Source: Heteronotia binoei
Lineage: Eukaryota
Assembly (NCBI RefSeq): GCF_032191835.1
Contig: NC_083240.1
Span: 13,454,001 to 13,518,000, forward strand
Reading direction: 5' to 3'
Length of the DNA: 64,000 nt
In this document: in pieces, positions 22,220 through 34,813 of the stretch
Layout of the letters: each line of letters opens with the position of its first letter
Position numbering within the stretch: position 1 is the stretch's first letter
Made by a program: the position numbers and the translations under genes
The notes under the pieces: model-generated
Databases searched by the model: none
What the model saw: the letters and a program-made list of their open reading frames with translations, nothing else
What the model was told of the DNA's origin: nothing

Positions 22220-22895
22220 CAGGGCTTTTTTTTGTAGAAAAAGACCAGAATGAACTAATTTGCATATTAGGTCACACTCCCTGACATCACCCTTGTTTCA
22301 CACAGGGCTTTTTTGTAGAAAAAGCCCAGCAGGAACCCATTTGCTTATTAAACCACACCCCTGACATCACCCTTGTTTCACGCAGGACTTTTATGTAGAA
22401 AAGGACCAGCAGGAACCCATTTGCTTATTAAACCACACCCCTGACATCACCCTTGTTTCACGCAGGACTTTTATGTAGAAAAGGACCAGCAGGAACCCAT
22501 TTGCTTATTAAACCACACCCCTGACATCACCCTTGTTTCACACAGGGCTTTTTTTGTAGAAAAAGCCCAGCAGGAACCCATTTGCATATTAAGCCACACC
22601 CCCTGACATCACCCTTGTTTCACACAGGGCTTTTATGTAGAAAAAGCCCAGCAGGAACCCATTTGCATATTAAGCCACACACCCCTGACATCACCCTTGT
22701 TTCACGCAGGACTTTTATGTAGAAAAAGCCCAGCAGGAACTCATTTGCATATTAAGCCACACCCCCTGACAGCACCCTTGTTTCACCCAGGACTTTTATG
22801 CAGAAAAAGACCAGCAGGAACTCATTTGCATATTACGCCACACCCCCTGATACCAAGCCAGCCGAAACTGCATTCCTGCTCAAAAAAAAGCCCTG
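22220..22895 (+). repeat. Tandem array of 8 x 80-83 bp units formed from one end of a hAT MITE
   Basis: Unit starts at 22220, 22303, 22383, 22463, 22543, 22625, 22707, 22788; ends with AAAAAAAGCCCTG TIR; flanks CCCATACA/TCCGTACA. Confidence 0.92.
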
Positions 22896-23594
22896 TCCGT
22901 ACAAAAACATCTGAATCTATGCAGTCTTCATCATACAAATAGGTACAAAAAAAAATGTCTACAGGTCCACAAAGAGCTATTTAGTGCAAATTATATCAAA
23001 AATCATCAAGAAGAATCGACCAAAAGAATCAAGCACATGAGAAGTCCCGGGCAATGACTGTTCTCATTTTGATCACCTCCTTCAGTGAGCCTGCTTGAAA
23101 TGTATCTTAATATATACAGGCAGAGTTTATTCTCAGTACAACAATTTGTCTGAAGTCAATTCCGTTTGGATCAAAAAGACAGTCTTACTCATGGGCGCTG
23201 TACAGTCTTCTTTAACATGAATTAATCAGTCTCTCTCCGCTGGTGGCACCTGTACGATGAGCACTGTATAGATGCAGATGTTTTCGTGTGGATATTTGTC
23301 GAATTCTTTACAAACTGTCGCTGTTGTTCTTGTTTGCATTACTGAATAATTACATACATAGTTGTTTGCAAAAGTGGTTCTTTCTTAACTTGAAAGCATC
23401 TTATTACAGTACGCATATTATTTGTGTTGCCTTTTGAATACTGCAATACTTCTTATAATGTCCACTGGGTTGACGGCAGACCTGTACCTGGCCTATCCTA
23501 CTTCAGATTGCTGGCGGGGCCGGTCTGAATGGATCTGTTTGCATATCTAGATCTCACCCCCTTTCTCCCCATCAAGTCCCAGCCAATTTACGGT

Positions 23595-23771
23595 AACCCT
23601 GTGGGGTTTTTCGGTCAAGAGACATTCAGAGGTGGTTTGCCATTGTCTGCCTCCGCATAGAAACCCTGGACTTCCTTGGTGATCTCCCCTCCAAACACTA
23701 ACCAGAGCTGACCCAGCTCGGCTTCTGAGATCTGGTGAGATCAGGCTAGCCTGGGCTATTCGAGTCAGGGC
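23595..23771 (-). mobile_element. 5S rRNA-derived SINE
   Basis: Same family as 55370-55563. Confidence 0.7.
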
Positions 23772-24181
23772 TTATATTTCCTTTCTCCGGGGAAAACTCG
23801 CAAGGCAGGGCGAAAAGTTCAAGTCTTGCCTCCTCTTTGATCCCCAAGTCCAAGAAATGTTGTCCAGAGGAGCATTCAGCCATGCTGACCCTCGCCTCAG
23901 TGGGACTGACAAGTGAAGGTTTATTGCTTGGATGAGAACTTGATCCCACTGTAAAGCCAGGGGTGGAGGCTTCTGCCTTTATGTGGATGATCAGTATGAA
24001 GACCAATATGTCTCACCTAGGCCTGGGCGGGAAGTAGCAGATGTCCCTAGCAGCATCTTGAGCTCCTTCATCTTTATTTCCTAAAACTGCTTTGTCCCAG
24101 GCCAAGTTCTCTGCACTTCTTCTGCCTCTTGCCCGGCAACTGAAGGGTGTGCATGCGAGTGACACAGAAGGCACCCTTTCT

Positions 24182-24457
24182 GAGCCAGTTTGGTGTAGTG
24201 GTTAAGTGTGCGGACTCTTATCTGGGAGAACCGGGTTTGATTCCCCACTCCTCCACTTGTGCCTGCTGGAATGGCCTTGGGTCAGCCATAGCCCTGGCAG
24301 AGGTTGTCCTTGAAAGGGCAGCTGCTGTGAGAGCCCTCTCCAGCCCCACCCACCTCACAGGGTGTCTGTTGTGGGGGAGGAAGGTAAAGGAGATTGTGAG
24401 CCGCTCTGAGACTCTTCAGAGTGGAGGGCGGGATATAAATCCATTATCTTCTTCTTC
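24182..24457 (+). mobile_element. Squam3-like SINE, full length
   Basis: Intact A/B boxes, tail, (CTT)n. Confidence 0.9.
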
Positions 24458-27400
24458 TATCTTCTTCCCTCCAAAGCCACAAATGTTCCTTCTTTCTCCT
24501 CTTTTTAAATTGATCTTCTTGTGGATGTGACAGACAGAGCCTTTTGTCATCTCGCTAGGGACCCTCGAGGAACGTTGTGATTTTCTACTGGTGTACTGGG
24601 CACACGTTTGTGAGTGGGAGGAAGCCGGATCAAGTGCCCTAGCCTTGCTTCTGCATGCTTCCTTCATGTGAATGCAGTGTCTGTCCTGGAGGGGGGTGGA
24701 GGAATGTATCCACATCAACTGTGCCTTCATGCTTGGGAGTGTTTGAAAAGCACTAGTTGGAGCCCACCTGTGCAGTTTGTAGGCATGAGGGTGCTGTGAC
24801 TGTATCAGGGAAAGACGGAGCCATTGCGGGCGGAGCCATTGCGGAGCACTTGAACTGCAGTGTGTGGTGGCTGGTGCATTTGTTTCTGCTGGACCCTTCA
24901 TATGTTGCCCCTGTATGTGCACACATTGTCTGTATGATGCTTTTATGTTTTTTTGGCCTTCTGTTCCCTGCAGGACAGGGGTGGGCAAACTTGCTTAATG
25001 TTAGAGCCACATAGAATAAACATCAGATGTTTGAGAGCCACAGGAGGGAGAGAGAGAGGGAGGAAAGAAAGTAGATGGGGAAGGGAGGAGGGAGGGAGAA
25101 GTGGAAAGAAAGCAACTTTAATTTTTAATACATTTTCAAAGCCACCGGCTGCCTTGGAGAAGTGATTTAAAGAGAGAAATGCCTTCTCCAAGCTGGTCAA
25201 TGGGATGGTGGGGGCTTTGAGAGCCACACAGTATGTGGGACAGAGCCACGTGTGGCTCCTGAGCTGCAGTACAGCCACCCCTGCTCCAGGCGCTTGGTTT
25301 TCTAGGTAGGCTCTGGGTAGTGTCCCATGTGGCACGCCAGCCTGTTTGTCCATTAAGGAGACTTTTTGGGATGCTTGCACTCCTCATACCTAGTTTTGCC
25401 AACCTCCAGACGGGGCCAGGAGATCTGGAATTGCAGCTGATCTCCAGATCACAGAGATTGATTCCTCTGGAAAAAATAATTGTTTTGGAGGGTGGGCTGT
25501 ATGGAATTAGAACCTTCCCCAGGGAGATCCCCAGGAATTCCAAAACCCAGAGTTGGCAACCCTACTGAGAGGTATAGACAGGGAGCTGGTAAGCTGCTTG
25601 ATGAGCTGCTGTGCGCGGAAGATCTTTCTGAGGACGTCCAGTGAGTCGAGAATAGCAGCCTCTTGTAAGAAGCTTAGGGCTCTCCAAAGCACTTCAGCTC
25701 TTCTCCAGGGAAAAGCCTGGAGAAGAATGACGCCGTGTCCCAGCCTTGCCTTCGCCCACCCAGCTTTTTTTGTCCCGGCACAGTTGCCTACTGCCCTAGC
25801 TACAGCTCCCTTTGGAGAAACCCAGTGTTTAGGTGTATTCCCATGGTTTTGTCAATAACCAAGCGGGTGTGCGCTTGCTGCCCAAAGCCTTTCATCCCCC
25901 TCTATGCACGCAAGCCACCTTTGCATATGTCTCACTTGAAGCCTCCTTCTTTCTGCTAGGAATGCATTGAATATGTTCGGATTCTGACGGGGTGTGCGTA
26001 GAAAAATGGTTCAGCGGTGCTGCAAATATCCAACTTTTTAGTGTCATTATAGTAAGTGCACTCCCCCCTCTCCCAATAATGCTTCTTCAGGACCATGGAC
26101 ACCCTCACACACACACACAGCCATACGCTCTAGTTTCTGCTATTTTTTTCTCCTTCCCCAATGAGTCACATGGGGCCTCCCACTTAACGAGGGATGCTAA
26201 GTTGGTCATGATGATGTCAGTGGCACCAAACCAATAAGATGTGGCTGCTTCATGATGTCACTGAAGGCAACTGGGAACGAGGTTAAGTGGTGGTAGTTGA
26301 AATAGATAAAAGGGGTCATTTTTGGTGAGCTGAAAAATTGCCCCAAAGGGAGGCATTGTTAGCATTTTCCAGAAAACGATGAGTGTGTAGGGTTAGGAGG
26401 AATGTCCTGTCATGCTGCTTGCACTTAACGAATTGCCCTACATTCATCCAACCCTGCGTATTGCATAACTGCATCTCTGTCTCTTACCCAGCACTTTGTT
26501 TGACAGGCAGCCTCCGGGCCTGCGAGCGGCATCACTGGGGGGGGCGGGGCGGGCCGGAGAGGGGCAGAACCCCCCCTTGAGAAAGTTTGCCTGTCTACTT
26601 GCAGCTTGCTCTGTGTCCTTGGACATTTTGCCTAAGCAAGACGTCTAGAATTCATTTCTAAATGACACTTGGGATGGGATTGGGTGGCGACTCAAGGAGC
26701 CACTGTCTTCTGTGTAAGACTTTTGTGCCATCCGAGACAGCCAGCTGATTTGTGCAGACGAGGCTCTGATCAGTGCCTCTTTTTGTCTTCCTGCTCTCTC
26801 TCTCTCCCTCCCTCTCTCTCTCTCTCTGTAAATCCTTTCACTGGGTAGGACTAGAGCTGCAGCTTTGGGATTAGCGTACACATAGGATTTAGAGTTTCAG
26901 GCAAACATGTGTTCCCGGGGCCGGATTGGAGGTAGCTCTTTCTTTCCCCCTTCTTGCCGGAGCGAAAGATGTTCTCCTTGTAAAGATGCTGGTTCAGCAG
27001 TTGAAAAAGTCCCTTTGAGCCTGAGGAAAGAGTCAAGACAAAGGCTTTTGGGGATCAGGCCCGTGTGAATTTGCTTTTTTTAATTCAAGGAGAAAATGAA
27101 ATCATGACTTGGCAGAGGAAGAGCTCTCCAGGTGCCTAGATGGAGAACTGGCGTCCAGACTCGGTGGGTGCATTGCACAGAGGGAGAAATCACTTTTGAG
27201 TCCGTCTTATGGAAAGTTTTTAGACACACAGTCTAAAGTGCGTCCCTGTCTGATATACCCAGGAGGATCCAATCTCGTTGGTCCAAAGGGGAAGCGAGAT
27301 GCAGAAGAAATGACTTGGCCTTGGAATAACAGCAGCCGCTGGGTCTCTCCAGCATCGGCAAGGAAGGAAATGTAGCGGTGCAAATTAGGGGCCTTCATCT

Positions 27401-27800
27401 CCATTTCTCACCATGCCACTTTGCCTCACAGGGAACAAACGATGCCTCATTTTTTAAAGCAATGTCTTAAGCGGGAACTTTTTTATTTTTGAAAAGCGCC
27501 TCGATTCAAGTGCTAATGACTCGGACTAATAAGAAACCAATCTCAGAGTTTGTCTTCCGGCCTTGTGGAAGGATGGAAGACGGGCGTGCAAACTGAACTC
27601 GAGAAGCCGGCTGGGAATCGAAACAGCCTGGGATGATGTCTGACTTTTAATTCAAAAACAATAGCTTTAGGGGGTATTTTTTTGCTGGATTTTGTTGTTG
27701 TCGTTGTTGTACTGGGACCTCGTAACTACTTGACCTCAGTCTCTTGGAGGAGAAGTGGAGATCTTGCACTCCAAACACAGAAGCGGCCTTTGCCTCCAAC

Positions 27801-27950
27801 ATGGATCTCTGCAGGTCTCCTTTGCTCCACAGGGATCCCTGCAAGTCTCCTTTGCTCCACAGGGATCTCTGCAGGTCCCCTTTGCTCCACAGGGATCTCT
27901 GCAGGTCTCCTTTGCGCCGCAGGGATCGCAGCAGATCTCCTGTGCTCCAG
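27801..27950 (+). repeat. Coding minisatellite, 5 x 30 bp (decapeptide [M/R]D[L/P/R][C/S][R/K]SP[L/V][L/R][H/R/Q])
   Basis: Directly visible exact-period tandem units. Confidence 0.95.
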
Positions 27951-28041
27951 AATAAGTTTTCGGTTGCTCGCCTAGCAGAGGAGTTTTTCTGGATTGGTGG
28001 GAGCATTGTGGCTACTTCCAAATGGAAAATGGGCCAAATAG
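27801..28041 (+). CDS. PLCH2: PLCH2 first coding exon of this isoform (80 aa plus 1 nt)
   Basis: CCAACATGG Kozak context; NKFSVARLAEEFFWIGGSIVATSKWKMGQI resembles the mammalian PLCH2 N-terminus as I recall it (TVAWLAEVLLWVGGSVVLSSEWQLGPL); G|GTAAGA phase-1 donor joins in frame to 40624. Confidence 0.85.
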
Positions 28042-29270
28042 GTAAGAGGGCAAAGGTGACAATAGTACCTTAAAGGCTTTGAGTGGTATTTATCCATCAA
28101 CAGCTGCGTCTAGTCTTAGTTGGGGTGGGATTTTACGAAAGGACACCGATTACTGGGTAATCCTCCAATCTCTTCTACTGATATATCTGTTATCGGCTAG
28201 GATGCTTCAAAAACTTTGTGGCTGGTAATGTTTGACCATTATTGTAGAACATGCTGGGAGTTCAGAGGGTAGCTGTGTTGGTCTGCAGTGAAAGTCCAGG
28301 AGTGCTATAGAGACCAGCAAGATTTCCGGGGTATCAGCTTTTGAGAGTCAAAAGCTCAGAGGCAGAGATCTGTCATCATGGAAGGCACCACAATAAGCCG
28401 CATGGCATGAGAGAGAAAGTGTTGACTCTCGAAAGCATGTACCCCCCCACCCCCCAAAAATTCTGTTGGTTTCCAAGGTGCTACAGGACTCAAATCTCAC
28501 TTGGCATTGTTAATCGAGGCAGATTTTTATAGCATTTTGTCCAGTTCAGGCGGTGAAATTGTAGGACGTGAGTAGTGTTCCCTATAAGCTGAGTCAGTGT
28601 GAGCCGGCTCACAGTTTTTTTAACTCCCAGCTCACACATGTTCATCTCAACTCAGGGAAAATTGCCCCAGAGCAAACTAATCGATGCAGTAGCTCACAAC
28701 TTTAATGCCAGCAGCTCACAAAGCAGAGGTTTGGCTCACAAGACTCCACAGTTTAGCGGGAACCCTGGATGTGAGTGTTCCCTCTCTATTTTCAGCCTCC
28801 GGAAGGGAGAACCATGTAAAACACTCTGGATTCCTTGGAGACAAAGCAGGACAAAAAGGGATGAGATTCCCCTGCGTTTTACACATGAACATGGAGGCAC
28901 ACTTGTGGTACCCCTATATTGATACCGACCATCCCTCCATCACACATTGTGGAAGGTTGTCCTCAGTATCCTATAGCGATTTCAAATGCCCTTGCAATTG
29001 ACTTAAAGAAGCCAAAGAGGTGTTTGTTCTTCAGGTTAAAGATCCATCAGAAAAAGTGAAATTGCTTAGGTGCCTCCAGTTCTTATTTACGAGGACAGAA
29101 CCAAGTAAGATCAAGATGGGTCACCGTGTGAGTCTGTCTGTAGCAGGAGAAAAGAGCAAGAGCAACGTAAAGGCTAACAAAAGTTGTGGCAGGGGAGGAG
29201 TTTTCGTAAGTGGCTGCTCACTTCTTCAAGACAAGAGCAAGAGTCCAGTGGCATCATAAAGGCTAACAGC

Positions 29271-29541
29271 TTGGTGTAGTGGTTAAGAGTGTGGACTCTT
29301 ATCTGGGAGAACCAGGTTTGATTCTCCACTCCTCCACTTACAGCTGCTGGAATGGCCTTGGGTCAGCCATAGCTCTCATAGGAGTTGTCCTTGAATGGGC
29401 AGCTTCTGGGAGAGCTCTCTCAGCCCCACCCACCTCACAAGAGGGGGTCTGTTGTGGGGAGAGAAGATATAGGAGATTGTAAGCCACTCTGAGTCTCTGA
29501 TTCAGAGAGAAGGGCAGGGTATAAATCTGCAGTCTTCTTCT
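29271..29541 (+). mobile_element. Squam3-like SINE inserted into a probable Penelope-like remnant (about 29140-29652)
   Basis: Family match; CTAACA duplicated on both sides; identity of the host repeat is from recollection only. Confidence 0.8.
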
Positions 29542-30428
29542 AACAAAATTTGCGGCAGGGGCTTTCATGAGTCACCGCTTACTTCTCCAGATATCTGAAG
29601 GAGAGACCAGTGACTCATAAAAGCTCATACGTTGCCACAAATTTTGTTAGTAAAAAGTAAGTCACTCTGCTAATCTGTGATAAGTTACAAATTTGTTCCT
29701 GTTTTGTTTTGGAGGAGATCCCTCTTAAAAATATTGTTGCACTTACTTTATTCATGTCATTCTTCACAGTTTGGCCCTTTACCCATTGTTCTCAAGAAGT
29801 TAAATCTCTGTGCAGGCCTATCACGCATGTCTGTAAACGCATGCGCATGAACGCTAAGGGACCACGTAGCACATCAACAACTTGTTTTACACACTGCAGC
29901 TGGTGTTGAACCTCTCGAACTTTGCAAGTTATTAGATTGCAAAACAGTCCAATGTAGGATACAGGTTACCAGTGAGAGCCTGCAACAATATGTAAGAGTT
30001 TGTGGTGTGACTCTTGGTTTCTGTAGAAGGTCATTTCACAGCCCGGGGACAAGTATCCCTATTGTGCTAGTGACAAGCCTGTCATTGTCTCATGGTCTGT
30101 TGGCAACGGTTCAAAATAAGCCTCACTGTCATGTGAGACAGCAAGCTGTGTAGCAACTTAAGGTTTATGCACAGACACATTGGAAGTAAGACATACCAGG
30201 GCTACCAGCCTCCAGATGGGGCCTGGAGATCTCCTGGAATTATAGCTCTTCTCCAGATGACAGAGATCACTTCTCCTGGAGAAAATGATTGCTTTAGGAT
30301 AACGAACTCTATGGCATTCTACCCTGTTGAGGTCCCTCCTTTCCCTAAACCCCACTCTCCCCAGTCTGCAACCCCACGTTTCCAAGATATGTCCCAAGCC
30401 AGAAGTGGATCTTTCAGTGGGAATGGGT

Positions 30429-30612
30429 CAGGGCTTTTTTTGTAACAGGAATTCCTTTGCATATTAGGCTACACCCCTCCTGATGTAGCCAATCCTCCAA
30501 GAGCTTACAGGGCTCTTCTTACAGGGCCTACTGTAAGCTCCTGAAGGATGGGCTACATCAGGTGGGCGTAGCGTAATATGCAAAGGAGTTCCTGCTACAA
30601 AAAAAAGCTCTG
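30429..30612. mobile_element. Palindromic hAT-type MITE
   Basis: CAGGGCTTTTTTT...AAAAAAAGCTCTG fold-back. Confidence 0.85.
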
Positions 30613-31359
30613 GGGAGGGTACATCTTAGGGTACATCCCTCATGAGACCCCAGTGAAAGAACTGAACCCTGAACTTTGCCCCAGCAAAATATTAATGAGG
30701 CATCCCTAACCAGGGCCAGTATGAAAAACTGCCCTTTGCGGATAGGGGCAGTTGGAATGTCTCGAACAGGCATCTGTCAAGCAGATCTTTATTGCCCCAG
30801 AAGAGAGGGTGCAACGTAGAGGCCCAAGGGCTTTGAAGCTTCTGTGTCTTCCCAGCTGCTGGAATGAAGCATGTGCTGCACAGAAGCAGAGCTTGATGTG
30901 GCTCTGAAACAGTAGTGACTTTGTGCCCCTTCTTGGCAAACCAAGGGTCTGCCACGCGGTGGCAGCTGGGGCCTGGTGCCGTCAGATACTTTGATATGCC
31001 CTGCTGGTGCCATTCTTCTCAAGAGAAACTCCCTCCCCCCGCAATTATTTTAAGCATTCTTTACCAGGAAAGTAAGCCACGTGTGCCAGGATCCCTCCCA
31101 GTCGCAGTCAGCACGGGGAGAGGGTGCACATCTGTGAACGAGCCGTTTAATGCTGCCTGTTTTCAAATTAACAATTTCTCCATTTGTACAACGTAGTCGG
31201 AAGTATAGTGACATGTGAACAAGCCCCAGGGGTGGAATTTTAGCAGTCGTGGATTTGTAAAGCCCCTCTTTGTAAAGTCAGCTATCAGCCCTCGATGCTT
31301 CTCGTGGCGCTAGATTCCATACATTAATGCCGTGTTGCATGAGAACTATCGGGGCTTGT

Positions 31360-31507
31360 CAGGGGTGGAATTCTAACAGGAGCTCCTTTGCATATTAGGC
31401 CACACACCCCTGATGTAGCCAATCTTCCAAGAGCTTACAAAAAAGAGCCTTGTAAGCTCTTGGAGGATTGGCTACATCAGGGGATGTTGCCTAATATGCA
31501 AAGGAAT
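31360..31507. mobile_element. Palindromic hAT-type MITE (right end missing)
   Basis: Family match with 11416-11555. Confidence 0.8.
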
Positions 31508-31627
31508 TGCAAGCCGCATCCGTTGGCTTAGAGAAGGCACCTGTCTTTTAAATCACTTCCCCAAGCCAAGCCAACCATCGGTTTGGACAATACATATAAG
31601 GTTAAAGTTGCTTTCTTTCTACCTCTC

Positions 31628-31783
31628 NNNNNNNNNNNNNNNNNNNNNNNNNNNNNNNNNNNNNNNNNNNNNNNNNNNNNNNNNNNNNNNNNNNNNNNNN
31701 NNNNNNNNNNNNNNNNNNNNNNNNNNNNNNNNNNNNNNNNNNNNNNNNNNNNNNNNNNNNNNNNNNNNNNNNNNNNNNNNNNN
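31628..31783. other. Assembly gap or masked run (N)
   Basis: N run. Confidence 1.
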
Positions 31784-31925
31784 ACCCCTGAGATAAAAAG
31801 ACTGGGCAGTAGGAGACATTTAAAAAAAACAAAAACAAACCTCCGCCTGAGACCCTGGAGAGGCGCTGCCAGTCTGAATAGACAATACTGACCTGGATGG
31901 ACCGAGAGTCTCATGCACGTGTTTA

Positions 31926-32138
31926 GGGGAAGAGCTGTGGCTCACTGGTAGAGTATCTCTGTGGCATGCAGAAGGTTCCAGGTTCTGTTCCCGTCATCTC
32001 AATGAAAAAGGAACCAGCAAGAGGTGATGTGAAAGATCTTTGCTTGAGACCCCAGAGAGCTGCTCCCAGTCTGAGTAGACAATACTGACCTGGATGGACC
32101 ACAGGGGTCTGAGTCTGTAGAAGGCAGTTGCATATGTT
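31926..32138 (+). mobile_element. tRNA-derived SINE (Squam2-like)
   Basis: TGGCTCACTGGTAGAG A box, GGTTCCAGGTTC B-box region, conserved body. Confidence 0.75.
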
Positions 32139-32835
32139 TTGCATGCAAAAAATTTTGATTTCTAGCAAGGGAAAGCAGATGAATGTGTTCAGTAGGGCAA
32201 AACCATGTGCTTTCCATGCAGAAGGCCCCGCATTCTATTACTGCTGCCTCCAGTTTATTGGTTTTGTTTAGGACATTTGTTTTTTACCCCACCCTTTGTT
32301 CAAAGAGGTCATGGGAGCACGCAGCATTCTCCCTTCCTCTTTTTTGTCCTCACAATAACTCCATGCGGTAGGTTAGTCTGAGAGACAGTGTAACTGCAGC
32401 CCACGATCACCCAGCAGGTTTTGTGGCAGACTGGGTGTCCCAGATCATAGTGGGACATGCAACCCCCACCCCACTCCCACTGGTTGTTTCTCAGGTAGCA
32501 AGACTGGGAAAGGTCTGAGAGCCAGTTGGCATAAACAGTGAGGCTTGGTCTGATTGGCAGCTTCTGGGGTTTTCTGGTGGGAAAGATTTGTAGTTTGAGG
32601 TAGGCCCATTTTGCACATTATGAATTCTTTGGGTTCAGAGCCATGTGTGAACTGATGCAAACTACTTCCACACACGTGCCACTCAGAGACACAAAAGTAC
32701 AGACGGGGTGTTGATTTCCCAAGCCTCACTGGACTTCTGACACAATACAAACTCCCATCACATGCGCAGGAGGTAACAATTGGTGTGAACTGTGATGCAG
32801 ATTCTCCAAGGCCATGTCTGCTCACTTTCACTTTC

Positions 32836-33085
32836 AGAGCCAGTTTGGTGTAGTGGTTAAGTGTGCAGACTCTTATCTGGGAGAACCGGGTTTGATTCCC
32901 CACTCCTCCACTTGCACCTGCTGGAATGGCCTTGGGTCAGCCATAGCTCTGGCAGAGGTTGTCCTTGAAAGGGCAGCTGCTGTGAGAGCCCTCTCAGCCC
33001 CACCCACCTCACAGGGTGTTTGTTGTGGGGGAGGAAGGTAAAGGAGATTGTGAGCCTCTCTGAGACTCTTCGGAGTGGAGGGCGG
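32836..33085 (+). mobile_element. Squam3-like SINE, tail lost in gap
   Basis: Sequence match to family. Confidence 0.9.
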
Positions 33086-33272
33086 NNNNNNNNNNNNNNN
33101 NNNNNNNNNNNNNNNNNNNNNNNNNNNNNNNNNNNNNNNNNNNNNNNNNNNNNNNNNNNNNNNNNNNNNNNNNNNNNNNNNNNNNNNNNNNNNNNNNNNN
33201 NNNNNNNNNNNNNNNNNNNNNNNNNNNNNNNNNNNNNNNNNNNNNNNNNNNNNNNNNNNNNNNNNNNNNNNN
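33086..33272. other. Assembly gap or masked run (N)
   Basis: N run. Confidence 1.
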
Positions 33273-33297
33273 GCATTGCCAATGCTTGCAATTTATG

Positions 33298-33481
33298 CAG
33301 GGCTTTTTTTTTGTATCAGGAACTCCTTTGCATATTAGGCCACACACCCCTGATGTAGCCAATCCTCCAGGATCGTACAGGGCTCTTCTTACAGGGCCTA
33401 CTGTAAGCACTTGGAGGATTGGCTACATCAGGGGGGTGTAGCCTAATATGCAAATGAGTTCCTGCTGCAAAAAAAGCCCTG
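33298..33481. mobile_element. Palindromic hAT-type MITE
   Basis: Fold-back, CAGGGCTTTT TIRs. Confidence 0.87.
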
Positions 33482-33707
33482 CATAAGTTGTGGCAGTCAG
33501 GATGACAGCTCTGCTGCAACGACATTTTGTTTCCCCATCGCTCAAACCGCCCTGGGGAAATGCAAACCCTCCTCTCGCTTAGCTCCACTGTGACTATTGC
33601 CAAGGCAGCAGGGAACGCTCAAGAAATGTGGAAGATCCCTGTTGAATAGTTCCTCCTGGAGAAGAACGCGGCTCCTCTAGGGATCCACACTTCTCGGGAG
33701 CAAAATG

Positions 33708-33889
33708 CAGGGCTTTTTTGTAGTAGGAACTCCTTTGCATATTAGGGCATACACCCCTGATGTTGCCAATCCTCCAAGAGCTTACAGGGCTGTTAGTACC
33801 GGGCCTACTGTAATCTCCTGGAGGATTGGCTACATCAGAGGTGTGTGGCCCTAATATGCAAAGGAGTTCTTGCTATAAAAAATGCCCTG
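33708..33889. mobile_element. Palindromic hAT-type MITE
   Basis: 8-bp TSD GCAAAATG/GCAAAAGG. Confidence 0.88.
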
Positions 33890-34813
33890 GCAAAAGGAAG
33901 TGTCGAAAATCACATTCATATCTGCAGGCAAGTGTCCTAATCGACATCAGAGTGGTCACTGCACATTTGTGGGTTAAGAATGGCTTGTGCGAGGAAGTCA
34001 GTTGCATGAAAGTGCAAAGGATCAACATGCAATAGCCAGCTAAGTCAGCTATTTCAATAAGGACCAGTGACGAGCAATAACCTGTTGGGACACATCCAAC
34101 GCAGTAAGTGGCTTTTGCGTCAGGTGCTAAAAAAGATCACAGCTATTCACCGTGTCCCCGCCTGGCTCTGTGGAATCAATTGCTGTCGACAGAAAGAGTG
34201 CAGAGTGGGAAAAGGTGCAGAAATGGAACACACGAAGCTGCCTGATACTGAATCAATCCATTGGTCCATTAAGGTCAATATTCTCTACTCTCCAGGGTCT
34301 CAGGCTATCAACACATATTGACTGTTGTAGGTCACAGGGGCCGTGTCCCTCCAGTCTTGTTCTGTCTACACTGGCTTCCAGTTTGCTTCTGGGCTCCGTT
34401 CAAGGTGCTTGTACGTGTTTCTCTTCTTCTCCATTTGCCTCTGGCTACAGTAGACTTTTGCAATTTGTAGATTCATTAATGGTGATTTTACTTCTTCCAG
34501 GAAAACCTCAAAACTTACATGGGTTAGCTCTAGGAACTGGGAGGAAATCTGTGGTTTTACCATAGCATTTCCAGTTATTCCTAGAGCTACCAGATGTTAC
34601 TTCCAGGCTTTCCCCCCAACAGCCTGGGATGAACATACCTCAATACCTGCCTTTTCCATATGAGCCTACCCACTCCAGTCATCTGTGGGGACCCTGCTTG
34701 AGTTGCCCCCGCCATCTGAGGCTAGACAGATAGCCACTGGAGATGAGACTTTCTCAATCATGACACCTTGTGGAATTCCCTGCCTGGGGAGACTCGTTGA
34801 TCTCCCTCTATAC

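Noticed and set aside
22220-22895. CRISPR-like array
   Set aside because: Eukaryotic context, no unique spacers, and the units derive from a MITE end.
24182-24260. tRNA genes or 5S rRNA genes
   Set aside because: All A/B-box and 5S-like segments continue into SINE bodies; none is a complete structural RNA.
26500-27800. Promoter and 5' UTR of the 27801 exon (GC box near 26540)
   Set aside because: Plausible by position, but no TSS can be fixed from sequence alone.
27647-28021. Antisense and alternative-frame ORFs over the 30-bp repeat
   Set aside because: A stop-free repeat unit with period divisible by 3 opens several frames automatically.
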